From assembly GCA_963837825.1 (NCBI GenBank), contig CAWIOR010000014.1:242864-306863 (forward strand): a stretch of 64,000 nt of DNA, given 5' to 3'. Position numbers and translations under genes: made by a program. The number at the start of each line of letters is the position of its first letter. Position 1 is the first letter of the stretch. Below, piece after piece: positions 31,257 to 43,186 of the stretch. Under the pieces are notes generated by a model that had not been told where the DNA came from, made no database searches, and was given only the letters and a program-made list of their open reading frames with translations. The stretch comes from an uncultured Chloroflexia bacterium. GTDB taxonomy: Bacteria > Chloroflexota > Limnocylindria > Limnocylindrales > CSP1-4.

Positions 31257-32513
31257 ATGGGCCGCCAGACCGTCGCCGTCGCCCTGCCGCGCCGAGGAGC
31301 TCGGACCGGTCGAGCGTGAGCTCGCCCTGGCCGGCTACGACGTGGTCGAGCGTGGCCTCGCCCGAGGCGCTCGCGAGCCTGCTCGAGTCGCGCCGCGACC
31401 TCGCCCTGGCCGTGCTCGACGGGGAGCGCGACTTCGACCAGTCGCTCGAGTACTACTCGCTGCTCCACGACGGCGGCCGGGACATCCCGGCGCTGATGGT
31501 CGTGTCGCCCCGCAACCTCGAGCAGCTGGCCGGGCCGACGAACCGCGACCACGATCAACGACGAGTTCTTCAGCCGTCCCTACTCGGCCGACTCGCTCCG
31601 CTGGCGGGTCGAGGCGATGCTCATCCGGTCCCATACCGTCGACGATGGCCAGGGGCCGATCATCGAGTCCGACAAGGGCCTCGGTTCCGCCGTCTGGACG
31701 AAGCGGGCGACGATCGTCGCCGTGTTCAACCCGAAGGGCGGCGTCGGCAAGACGACGATCTCGATCAACCTGGCCACGACCCTCCAGATCCGCCGCCACC
31801 AGCGGGTCCTGCTGGTCGACGCCGACACGGTGACCGGCCACATCGCGAACTCGCTCGGGCTCGACCAGGTCCAGACCGTCGACGACGCCTGGGAGGACGA
31901 CCGGGCCGAGGGCAACGACCTGCGCACGCTGGCCCAGCTGGCGACCCACCATCCGAACGGCCTCGAGGTCGCGGTGCTGACCACCCAGCCGCTCGAGAGC
32001 GGCAACCTCGACCCGCTCCGGGTCGGCGAGGCGCTGTCGTTCTCGCGCAAGGGCTACGACTTCATCATCGTCGACATGCACCCGTCGTACGGACCGGTCA
32101 ACCGGGCGGTCTTCGAGCGGGCGGACCGGATCCTGGTCCCGATCACGCCGGACGTCCCGGCCCTCCGGGCGGGCGTCCAGCTGAGCTCGCTGGCGATCGA
32201 GCTGGGGGTTCGCGACAAGCTGGCGATGGTCGTCAACCGGGCCAACAGCGGGGTGTCCGTGGCGGACATGGAGCGGACCGTCGGGATGCCCGCGCTGGCC
32301 CTCATCCGGTCCGGCGGCCTCCTGTTCGTCCGGGCCGCCAACGAGGGTCACGCGGTCGTCGAGCAGTTCCCACGGGAGAAGGTCACCGAGGACTTCGACG
32401 CCCTGGCCGACCGTCTCCTCGGGATCGAGACCAGCCAGCCCGAGCCGACCACGAACGCCGGCCGGCCGGCGTTCCGGCTCTTCGGCCGGACGAAGGAGAC
32501 CGCCCGGGTCTAG
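31257..32513 (+). CDS. Receiver-like domain plus MinD/ParA/CpaE-family ATPase (frameshifted)
   Basis: N-terminal LAVLDG...PALMVV receiver-like fold; deviant Walker A NPKGGVGKTT, VLLVDAD, FIIVDMHP, VVNR. Confidence 0.85.
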
Positions 32514-33133
32514 GCGCTCGGCCGCCGGTCGGATGAGTCGCGGGTCCGGCGGTCGACCTGCTCGACCCCGCGCAGGTAGCGTCGGTTGACCAGGAACGTG
32601 TCGACCTCCGTCCCGGGGATCCGCTCGTCGCCGAGATAGGCGACCGCGTCGGTCACCGGGACGAACATCTCCGTGGCCCGGTCGAGCAGCCGCTCCGGCT
32701 CCGAGCCGGGGAACAGGTAGACCGTCCCGATGACCCGGAACGGCGGGACCTCGAGGGCGACGTCGTAGCTGATCTTGTGGATCCGGTGGGCAGCCTTCTC
32801 CTCGTCGTTCATCGGCGGCAGGGTGGTCTCCCCGGCCAGGACGACGATGAGGTCGTACGGATCGATCGCCTTGAGGCCGGGCGCCGCGGTGAACGGCTCG
32901 GACCCGTCGATCGGCGCCCACGACACGTCGCTGATCGGGATCGACTCGCGCTTGTTGAGCGCGTCGGACAGCCGGCCCTCGAGCTGCATCGCGCCGACCA
33001 GCCGCCACTCCTCGGTCAGCCCGTCGAAGGTGATCCCCTTCGCGCGTGACGGTCGGGATCGCGGACACGGGCGGCGGCGACGGCGAGCGGTCCGGGCGCG
33101 GGTCTTGCCCTTCTTGAGGAAGTCGAACGGCAC
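32510..33133 (-). CDS. Conserved hypothetical protein, probably two tandem DUF6812-like repeats
   Basis: RLVGAMQLEGRLSDALN and FRVIGTVYLFPG...FVPVTDA...FLVNR repeated pattern. Confidence 0.55.
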   Translation of the reverse strand: MPFDFLKKGKTRARTARRRRRPCPRSRPSRAKGITFDGLTEEWRLVGAMQLEGRLSDALNKRESIPISDVSWAPIDGSEPFTAAPGLKAIDPYDLIVVLAGETTLPPMNDEEKAAHRIHKISYDVALEVPPFRVIGTVYLFPGSEPERLLDRATEMFVPVTDAVAYLGDERIPGTEVDTFLVNRRYLRGVEQVDRRTRDSSDRRPSA

Positions 33134-33134
33134 G

Positions 33135-35107
<1,973 letters not shown>

Positions 35108-35182
35108 GTGCCCACCTCCAGGAGCTGACGACGGGAGGCCATTCTACGCGGCCGGAGCGGCCGGCCAGCCACGGCGCCCGGC

Positions 35183-36103
35183 TCAGGCGCCGCCTCCCGG
35201 GCCCGGATCGGCGGCGGCACCCCGGCCGCCGCCCGGTGCGCCGGCGGATCCGCGGTCGGCGACCACGCCCCGCGCCGGGATCGCGATCCCGTTCGCCTGG
35301 AAGGCCGCCAGGAGGCGCTGCCGGAGCTCGCTCGGAGCCGCCCAGCGATCGGCCGCCCGGACCTTGCCGGCGACCCGCACGGTGACCCCGAGGTCGCTGA
35401 GCGCCGGGACCCGGGTCAGGGTCGGGGTCTCGAGCAGGCGGTCGCTGCCAGTCCGGGTCGTCGGCCATCGCCTGGCCGACCTCGTTGACGATCCGGGTGG
35501 CCGCGTCGAGGTCGGTGCCGAAGGCGACGGTCATGTCGACCTGCATCCGGGCGTACACCCGGGTCAGGTTGGAGGCGATCCGGATCTCCCCGTTCGAGAC
35601 GCTGTGGACCGTGCCGCTCGCAGTCGCGGAGCGTCGTCCGGCGCAGGCCGATCTCCTCGACCTCGCCCTCGACCCCGCCGACCTGGATCCAGTCGCCCTT
35701 GTAGTAGGGGCCCTCGAAGACGATGAGGATGCCCATCAGGTAGTCGAGGACGATGCTCTGGCCGGCCAGGGTGAGCGCTGCGGCGAGGACTCCGAGACCG
35801 GCGATGACCGGGAGCAGGTCGAACCAGGTCAGGAGGACGAGGCCGGTCACCAGGACGACCATGAAGCGCAGGACGGTCGACACCAGGTCCTCGATCGTGG
35901 CGACCCGCTTGGCGACCTCGTCGGCGGTCGGCTCGCCCTCTGGAGCGGCCGGACCACGCCGCTCGGCGGAGCCGCGTCAGCGCCCGGTGGACGATCGGCC
36001 GGATCGCCCGGTAGACGACGAACGCGACGACCAGCAGGACGAGGACGGCGATCCCGTGGCGCTGGAGGAAGTCGCTGATCCGGCTCAGATCGGGTGCGGT
36101 CAC
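35183..36103 (-). CDS. Small-conductance mechanosensitive channel (MscS family, frameshifted)
   Basis: TM helices then AGQSIVLDYLMGILIVFEGPYYKGDWIQVGGVEGEVEEIGLRRTTLRD. Confidence 0.88.
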
Positions 36104-36138
36104 CCGGCTAGCCTAGCGGGTCCCGGACCGCGGCGACC

Positions 36139-36915
36139 TCAGGCGGCGGCGCCCCCGAGGCGGACCGAGATCGCCGCGGCGGCCTCCCGCACCTGGCCGG
36201 CCAGCTCGGGGATCCGGCGCGGGGTGAGCCGGAAGGCCGGACCCCAGATGTCGACCGCCGCGATGACCGAACCACGGGCGTCGTGGACCGGTGCGGCGAC
36301 CGCATTGAGGCCGGGCTCGTACTCGCCGATCGCCGTGGCGTAGCCGCGCCGCCGGATCCGCGACAGCTCCTCGAGCAGCGGCTCGAGCCCGGTGATCGTC
36401 CGCTCCGTGTGGGCGTTCAGCCCGCGCCGGACGATCCGGAGGACCTCACGCTCGGCGAGCGCCGCCATGAGGACCTTGCCGGAGGCGACGCAATGGAGGG
36501 GCACCGAGCGGCCGGTCCAGTCGCCGACGGCGATCAGGTTGGGACCGTCGGCCTGGGCGACGGTCAGGAGCTGGTCGCCCTCGAGCACGCCGAGGCCGGT
36601 CGTCTCGCGGGTGAGCCGGGCCAGGCGCTCGAGCTCGGGCATCGCGATCCCGCGCAGGTCGAGCGTCCGCTCGGCGCGCTCGGCCAGCCGGATGACGACC
36701 AGGCCGAGCCGATACTTGCCGGTCTCGTCGTCCTGCTCGACGAGGCCGCGCCGCTGGAGCGTCGCGAGCAGGCGCGAGGCGGTCGACTTGTGGAGGCCGA
36801 GACGACGTGCGAGCTCCGTCACCCCCGCCTCGCCCTGGCTGTCGCCCAGTGCCAGCAGGAGCGCGGCGGCCCGGTCGACCGAGCGGACGGCATTGCCGTC
36901 GAGAGCGATCGTCAT
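36139..36915 (-). CDS. IclR-family transcriptional regulator
   Basis: VRSVDRAAALL, LGLHKSTASRLLATL, PLHCVASGK, GLNAVAAPV. Confidence 0.93.
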   Translation of the reverse strand: MTIALDGNAVRSVDRAAALLLALGDSQGEAGVTELARRLGLHKSTASRLLATLQRRGLVEQDDETGKYRLGLVVIRLAERAERTLDLRGIAMPELERLARLTRETTGLGVLEGDQLLTVAQADGPNLIAVGDWTGRSVPLHCVASGKVLMAALAEREVLRIVRRGLNAHTERTITGLEPLLEELSRIRRRGYATAIGEYEPGLNAVAAPVHDARGSVIAAVDIWGPAFRLTPRRIPELAGQVREAAAAISVRLGGAAA

Positions 36916-36928
36916 CGGCGGGACCTCG

Positions 36929-38329
36929 TCAACCTGCGCTGGGATGAGCCATCGCGCCCGTTGCAGGCGGCGGGACGTCGCCGTGCGCTCGCCCCTCGAG
37001 CGCCGCATGGAGGGAGTCGGCGAAGATCGACACGATCCGGTCGACGTAGTCGCCCTGGGCGTGGGCCTCGCAGATGAACCACGGCTCGCGCGAGTCGGGC
37101 TCGGGCATCGCGCCGCGGGCGTGCATCCCGATGGCGATCGCGTCGTACAGCTCGTGGTCCGTGGTCGCCCAGTCGCGGTACTCGGTGGCCTCCTCCTCAC
37201 GGAACATGATCCCGAACATCGACGGATGGCCGGTGAAGTGGTAGGCCAGGCCGGTCGGGTCGAGGACCTGCCGGAGACCCGCCTGGACCCGCCGGCCGGT
37301 CGCATGGATCGTCTCGAGCGCGTCGGTGTCCCTGAGGATCGACAGCGTCTTGACCGCGGCCGAGGCGGCGATCCGGTTGCCGGCGTAGGTCCCGCCGTGG
37401 CTGACCTTGTCGGGCAGGACGCTCATGACCTCGGCGCTACCGCCGAACGCCGCGGCCGGGTAGCCGTTGCCCATCGCCTTGGCGTACGTGGCGAGGTCCG
37501 GGGTGACGCCGAAGAACTCGGCGGCGCCGCCCCGCGCGAAGCGGAACCCGGTCTTCACCTCGTCGAAGATCAGCAGGATGCCGAACTCCTTGGTGAGCGC
37601 CCGCATCGCCTGGTGGAACCCGGGCCTGGGCATGATCCCCTGGGCGTTGCCGAGCACCGGCTCGACGATGATCGCGGCGATCTCCTCGCCCTGACGCTCG
37701 AACAGCCGGCGCAGGAAGTCGATGTTGTTGTAGCGGGCGGGGATGATCGTCTGGGCGACCGCCCCCGGGATCCCGCGACCCCAGGCCAGCGCGACCGGCG
37801 CATCGGGATCGCCGAGCTCGGACATGTCGTCCGGGCCGACGCTGATCAGGGCGTAGTCGTGGACGCCGTGGTACTGGCCCTCGAACTTCACGATCTTCTC
37901 GCGCCCGGTGTACGCCCGCGCGATGCGCATCGCGTGCATCGTCGCCTCGGTCCCGGACACGGTCATCCGGGCCCGCTCGACCCAGCCGGTCAGCTCGCAC
38001 ACGAGCTCCATCGCCCGGACCTCGTCCTCGCTGGTGAGCGAGAAGCTGACGCCCTTGCGCATCTGCTCGTTGACGTAGTCGTCGACGCGGTCGTCGCCGT
38101 GGCCGAGGATCACCGGCCCGTAGCCCATCCGCAGGTCGATGTACTCGTTCCCGTCGAGATCCCAGACGGTGCCGCCCTTGCCCCGGTCGACGTAGATCGT
38201 GTCCTCGCCCCAGGCCCGGAAGTTGGAGTCGGTGCCCCCGGGCAGCGTCTTGAGCGCCCGCCGGTACATGGCGAGCTGGCGCTCTCGTCTGAGGGCGGGG
38301 ACAGGGCCGGCGGCGGGTTCGGTCGTCAT
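36929..38329 (-). CDS. Class III aminotransferase, glutamate-1-semialdehyde aminomutase-like
   Basis: WDLDGNEYID, SGTEATM, KFEGQYHG, IVEPV, FDEVKTGFR, YAKAMGNG, HGGTYAGN. Confidence 0.9.
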   Translation of the reverse strand: MTTEPAAGPVPALRRERQLAMYRRALKTLPGGTDSNFRAWGEDTIYVDRGKGGTVWDLDGNEYIDLRMGYGPVILGHGDDRVDDYVNEQMRKGVSFSLTSEDEVRAMELVCELTGWVERARMTVSGTEATMHAMRIARAYTGREKIVKFEGQYHGVHDYALISVGPDDMSELGDPDAPVALAWGRGIPGAVAQTIIPARYNNIDFLRRLFERQGEEIAAIIVEPVLGNAQGIMPRPGFHQAMRALTKEFGILLIFDEVKTGFRFARGGAAEFFGVTPDLATYAKAMGNGYPAAAFGGSAEVMSVLPDKVSHGGTYAGNRIAASAAVKTLSILRDTDALETIHATGRRVQAGLRQVLDPTGLAYHFTGHPSMFGIMFREEEATEYRDWATTDHELYDAIAIGMHARGAMPEPDSREPWFICEAHAQGDYVDRIVSIFADSLHAALEGRAHGDVPPPATGAMAHPSAG

Positions 38330-38609
38330 GATCGCTCCGATGGGTCGACCGGCTGCCCTGCTCGGCAGCTCGGCACTTGGGTGGCTCCTCGCCCGGGCGA
38401 CGGGACGTCAGGCGAGACGGTTGCGCGGTATGGGACGCACCGGCCGTCATCTTGTCACATCGGTTCCGCGACCGTCAATTCGAATTCTCGCGCCAGGCCG
38501 TGTCCACGTGTGCGAAATCCGATGGCTGGTGCAGCCCGATGGCCGTGGACCGAAGCTCCGGGGCGCCGGGCGATGGCGACCGGCCTCGGCCTGTGGCACG
38601 ATCGACCGG

Positions 38610-40098
38610 ATGACCCTGAGCTACTGGCTGGACGCGCGCTCGGCCCGAGACGGGGCCGCCCCTGGTCGGCCACGCCCGAGCCGACGTCACGATCGTCGGC
38701 GCCGGGTTCACCGGGCTGTGGACGGCGATCCGCCTGGCCGAAGCCGAGCCCGGGTTGCGGATCGTCGTCCTCGAGCAGGCGTTCGTCGGCTTCGGGGCGA
38801 GCGGCCGCAACGGTGGCTTCTGCGAGGCGAGCCTGACCCACGGCCGGGCCAACGGGGAGCGCCACTTCCCGGACGAGGTCGACCTCCTCGAACGCCTCGG
38901 CAGGGACAACCTGCGCGAGCTGGTCGCCTTCGCCGACCGGCACCGGATCGACTGCGACCTCGAGCCGACCGGCGTCCTGACGGTGGCCGACCAGGCCCAC
39001 CAGGCGGACGAGCTGCGCGCCTGGGTCGACGAGGCGAACGAGCGGGGCGAGCACCTCGTCTTCCTCGACCGCGACGCCGTCCGGGCCGAGGTCCACTCGC
39101 CGCTCTGGCAGGCCGGGGTCCTGGCCGGACCCGAGGAGAACGTGCTGGTCGACCCGGCCAAGCTGTGTCGCGGCCTGGCCCGGGTCGCCCGCGAGCTCGG
39201 GGTGACGATCCACGAGGGGACGCGAGTGGTCGGGCTGGATCGGGTCCCGCGCGGCGTCCGGGTCCGGACGGTGGGCTGGACGCCGGAGCGGGACGAGCCG
39301 TTCGGGCTGGCGCGCCGCCTCGGGCTGCCGTTCGAGCCCGGCGAGCTCGTCGGCGGGGACCGGGGGTCCCCGGGTCGATCGGACGGGTCGGACGGCGGCG
39401 GGACGATCGACACCGCGCACGTCGTCATCGCCACCTCCGCCTACTCCGGCTGGTACCCGCGACTGACCCCGCTGTTCGTGCCCGTCTACGACTACGTCCT
39501 GGTGTCCGACCGGTTGACCGCCGAGCAGCGCGCGGCGATCGGCTGGGCCGGCCGGCAGGGGATGAGCGACGCCAACAACCAGTTCCACTACTTCAGGCTG
39601 ACCGCCGACGACCGGATCCTGTGGGGCGGCTACGACGCGATCTATCACCCGGGCAACGGCGTGGGGCCGGCACTCGATCGGCGACCGGCCACGTTCGCCC
39701 GACTCGAGGAGCACTTCTTCCGGGCGTTCCCGCAGCTCGCGGGTCTCGGCTTCCCGTACCGCTGGGGCGGGGCGATCGACACGACCAGCCGGTTCACGGT
39801 GGCCTTCGGCCAGACGATGGGCGGACGGGTCACCCACGCGCTGGGCTACACGGGGCTCGGCGTCGGCGCGTCGCGCTGGGCGGCCGGGGTCGTCCGCGAC
39901 TTCATCCTGCGGCCCGACTCGGAGCTCCTCCGGCTGGAGCTGGTCCGCTCGTCGCCGTTCCCGTTCCCGCCGGAGCCGGCCCGCTCGGTGGCGGTCGGGC
40001 TCGTCCGCCGCGAGCTCGACCGGGCCGACCGGAGCGAGGGTCGGCGCGGCCTCCTGCTGCGGGCGCTCGACGCGATCGGGATCGGTTTCGACAGCTGA
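38610..40098 (+). CDS. FAD-dependent oxidoreductase, PuuB/OrdL (DAO) family (frameshifted near the start)
   Basis: SYWLD, IVGAGFTGLW, GASGRNGGF, FHYFRLTADDRILWGG, GYTGLGV. Confidence 0.9.
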
Positions 40099-40817
40099 TG
40101 GACAGCCGCCCCCTGTTCGACGCGATCCGGGCCGGCGACCTGGCCACGGTCGACCGGATCGTGACCGCCTCGCCGGCGATGGCGATGGCCAGCACCGAGT
40201 CGGGCCAGTCGGCGCTGACCGTCGCCGCGTACCACGGCCAGTGGCCGATCGTCGACCGGATCCTGGCGACCGATCCCGACCTCGACCGGTTCGAGGCGGC
40301 CATCGTCGGCGATGTCGACCGGCTCCGCTCCCGGCTCGACGAGGCGGACCGGGAGGCCGAGATCGAAGCCTCGACGGGCGGCCTGGACCTCGCCGCGAGA
40401 CAGCCGGTCGCCCCGATCGACGAGCGCTCGGCCGACGGCTTCACCGCCCTCCACCTGGCCTCATTCTTCGGTCGGCCGGAGACCGTCCGCGTCCTGCTCG
40501 ATCGCGGCGCGGACCCGAACCTGTGGGCCACGGGCGGCCTGCACGTCCAGCCGCTCCACAGTGCGGTCGCCGGTAGCCACGAGGACGTCGCGCGGATGCT
40601 CATCGAGGGGGGCGCCGAGATCGATCGGGCCCAGGGCGAGGGCTACACCCCGCTGATGGGCGCGGCCCAGAACGGTCTGCGCAGGACGGTCGATCTCCTC
40701 CTCGCTCTGGGCGCAGATCCGAGGACCTACAACGTCGACATCCTGACCGCGGCCGATCTCGCCGAGCGGTCCGGCCACGCGGGGATCGCGGCGACGATCC
40801 GGGCCGCAAGCGGCTGA
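40098..40817 (+). CDS. Ankyrin-repeat protein
   Basis: GQSALTVAAYHG, DGFTALHLASFFG, PLHSAVAG, GYTPLMGAAQNG; TGATG coupling with the upstream gene. Confidence 0.9.
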   Translation: MDSRPLFDAIRAGDLATVDRIVTASPAMAMASTESGQSALTVAAYHGQWPIVDRILATDPDLDRFEAAIVGDVDRLRSRLDEADREAEIEASTGGLDLAARQPVAPIDERSADGFTALHLASFFGRPETVRVLLDRGADPNLWATGGLHVQPLHSAVAGSHEDVARMLIEGGAEIDRAQGEGYTPLMGAAQNGLRRTVDLLLALGADPRTYNVDILTAADLAERSGHAGIAATIRAASG

Positions 40818-40859
40818 TCCGTCGCGATCCGGGGGACGATGCCACGGCCACCCGGCCAT

Positions 40860-41011
40860 GTTGCCGGTGGCTCAACAGGACGGCCGTGGTCCGGGCAGGT
40901 TGCTCGAAGCGGGCGCCCTCTGTTGATCGTTGAGCAACGTTCGCCGCCCAGCCCGGCCGCCCGTGAGCCGCTGATGCCTGGCCGCAGCCGATCTGTTGCG
41001 GTCAAGGCAAC
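40860..41011. repeat. GTTG-N9-CAAC palindrome array (3 copies)
   Basis: Copies start at 40860, 40922 and 40995 (spacings 62, 73). Confidence 0.8.
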
Positions 41012-41147
41012 GCGGTTCGGACCGGCTCGGGGACGAGGCGCAGGGAGACCGACGCTCGAGGTCGGTCGACACCGCGGCTACCGGAGTCGTTCCATCGCGC
41101 GTGCCGGCCCGCGGCGACAGCCCGCCGTCGGGCGCCCGTGCGTCGCC

Positions 41148-41257
41148 ATGAGTGGCACTCATGCCGACGCTCGATCCCACGCTGGATCGCCCCGTGACGC
41201 GCGCACGTCGCCAGCCATCTCCGCACGGATCCGAGTTCCGGCATGAGCGCGACTCAT
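41148..41257. repeat. Pair of ATGAG-N5-CTCAT palindromes, 95 bp apart
   Basis: atgagtggcactcat 41148, atgagcgcgactcat 41243. Confidence 0.7.
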
Positions 41258-41280
41258 TGCCGGCGCGGAAGCGGTGCCGC

Positions 41281-41391
41281 AAGGGTTCACGTCGCGGGGC
41301 CGGCACGGGCACGGGGCTGGCACGGGCGCGGGGCCGGCGAGGGGTTCACGGGCACGGGGCCGGCACGGGCACGGGGCCGGCACGGGCACGG
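41281..41391. repeat. GC-rich ~17-bp tandem repeat (cggggccggcacgggca)
   Basis: About 5-6 imperfect copies, interleaved with two gggttcacg segments. Confidence 0.75.
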
Positions 41392-41420
41392 TCGAGGCCG
41401 GGCGGCCCCGGATCGGCGGC

Positions 41421-43103
41421 TCAGGCCGGGGTCGCGACCCAGTCGGGCAGCTCGCGGGTGAGCGTCGCCAGCGGCAGCGAGCCGTGGCCGAGGACGGCGT
41501 CGTGGAACGCCCGGAGGTCGAAGTCGGCGCCGTCGCGCGCGGCGATCTGGGCCCGCAGTCGCTCGATCTCCCGCTGGCCCAGCTTGTAGGTCAGCGCCTG
41601 GCCCGGCCAGCAGATGTAGCGATCGGTCTCGATGACCGCGTCGGTCTGCGACAGGCCGGCCGCGAGGAGCGTGTCGATCGAGCGCTGGCGCGGCCAGCGG
41701 AGGGCATGGAGTCCGCTGTCGACGACGAGCCGGGCGGCTCGCCAGGCCTGGCCGTCGAGCATCCCGAACCGTTCGGCCTGGCTGCGGTAGAGACCCATCT
41801 CGTCGGCGAGCCGCTCCGAGTAGAGGCCCCAGCCCTCGACGTAGGCCCCGCCGACCATCCGCGAGCCGAGCCGGCGGAAGACGGTCAGGTCCTCGTTCTC
41901 CATCTCGAGGGCGATCTGGAAGTGGTGGCCGGGGACCGCCTCGTGGTAGGTCGTCGAGGCGAGCTTGGGGAAGACCCGCGACGGCAGGTCGTACGTGTTG
42001 GCGTAGTAGATGCCGGGCCGCGACCCGTCGGTCGTCGGTGGGATGTAGTAGGCGAACGGGCTGTCCCGCTCCTTGAACTCCTCGACGGCCCGGACGTCGC
42101 AGCCGGCCCGGGGCAACCGGCCGAAATAGCGTGGAGCGAGGGCGAGCGCCCGGTCGATGTCCTCGCGGGCCCGGTCGAGGAGCTGGTCGGGGGTGGTCGG
42201 GATGTTGGCCGGGTCGGCCGCGATCGCCGCCCGGTAGGCCGCCGTGTCGTCGCCGAACCCCTCGGACCGGGCGATCTCGCGGCGCTCGGCCTCGATCGAC
42301 TCGAGCTCCTCGAGCCCGATCCGGTGGACCTCCCGGGGATCGATCTCGAGGGTCGTCCAGGCGAGGATCTGGGTCCGGTACAGCGCGTCGCCGTCGGGCG
42401 CCGACCAGAGACCCGGGTCCTTCCGGCTGGCGTCGAGGTAGCCGTCCCGGATCGCGTCGAGGAACGCCCGGTCGGCAGGGATCACGACCTCCCGGACGAG
42501 CCGCTCGATGCGCGACCGATCCTCGTCCGAGACGACCCGGGCCGCGGTCGTGATGACCGACTGGTCGGCCGGGATCTCGAGCAGCCGCTCGAGCTGCGCG
42601 ATCGTCCGCTCGGTGACGATCCGCGGAGCGGTCAGACCCGAGGCGATCCCCTCGCGGAGGAGCTCCCGGTTCGCCGCCATGTACCCCTCGTACGCGCGCA
42701 GCCGCGACTCGAGCCGGTCGAGCCGCTCGGGCGTGTCGGCCGGCTGGAACATCACGACCTGGGGCAGGAGCGTCTGGGGGCCGGCCATCTGGTCGACGAC
42801 CCGGAGGAGGTCGGTCCGCTGGTCGTCCTGGACGATGCCCAGCTCGCACACGACGCGGATCATGTCGAGGGTGATCCGGTCCTCGAGCGTCTGGCCGGCC
42901 GGGTCGATCGCGCCCGCCTCGGCCAGGGTCGTCTCCATCAGTGTCCGGCGCCTGGCCCGACCGGCCGGACCCGGGTCCTCGAGCTGGTCGTCGTAGCGCT
43001 CGTCGCCGTACATCGTGGCCGTCGTCGGGTTGTCGGCCAGGGTGGCCTCCCAGAACCGATCGGCCAGGACGTTGACGGGCGAGCCGGGGTCGAGCTGGGT
43101 CAC
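41421..43103 (-). CDS. DUF885 family protein (putative metallopeptidase)
   Basis: TTYHEAVPGHHFQ, YVEGWGLYSE, WRAARLVVDSGLH, PGQALTYKLG. Confidence 0.92.
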   Translation of the reverse strand: MTQLDPGSPVNVLADRFWEATLADNPTTATMYGDERYDDQLEDPGPAGRARRRTLMETTLAEAGAIDPAGQTLEDRITLDMIRVVCELGIVQDDQRTDLLRVVDQMAGPQTLLPQVVMFQPADTPERLDRLESRLRAYEGYMAANRELLREGIASGLTAPRIVTERTIAQLERLLEIPADQSVITTAARVVSDEDRSRIERLVREVVIPADRAFLDAIRDGYLDASRKDPGLWSAPDGDALYRTQILAWTTLEIDPREVHRIGLEELESIEAERREIARSEGFGDDTAAYRAAIAADPANIPTTPDQLLDRAREDIDRALALAPRYFGRLPRAGCDVRAVEEFKERDSPFAYYIPPTTDGSRPGIYYANTYDLPSRVFPKLASTTYHEAVPGHHFQIALEMENEDLTVFRRLGSRMVGGAYVEGWGLYSERLADEMGLYRSQAERFGMLDGQAWRAARLVVDSGLHALRWPRQRSIDTLLAAGLSQTDAVIETDRYICWPGQALTYKLGQREIERLRAQIAARDGADFDLRAFHDAVLGHGSLPLATLTRELPDWVATPA

Positions 43104-43186
43104 CGGGGAACCTCCTGTGATGTCGGCCGGGCCGGCCGGTCGGGGCCTGTCCGGCGCACGCGGTCAGGGTACACGGGGACGCGCGA

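Noticed and set aside
36929-38329. hemL assignment
   Set aside because: Family match only; catabolic context and no hem genes, so no symbol given.
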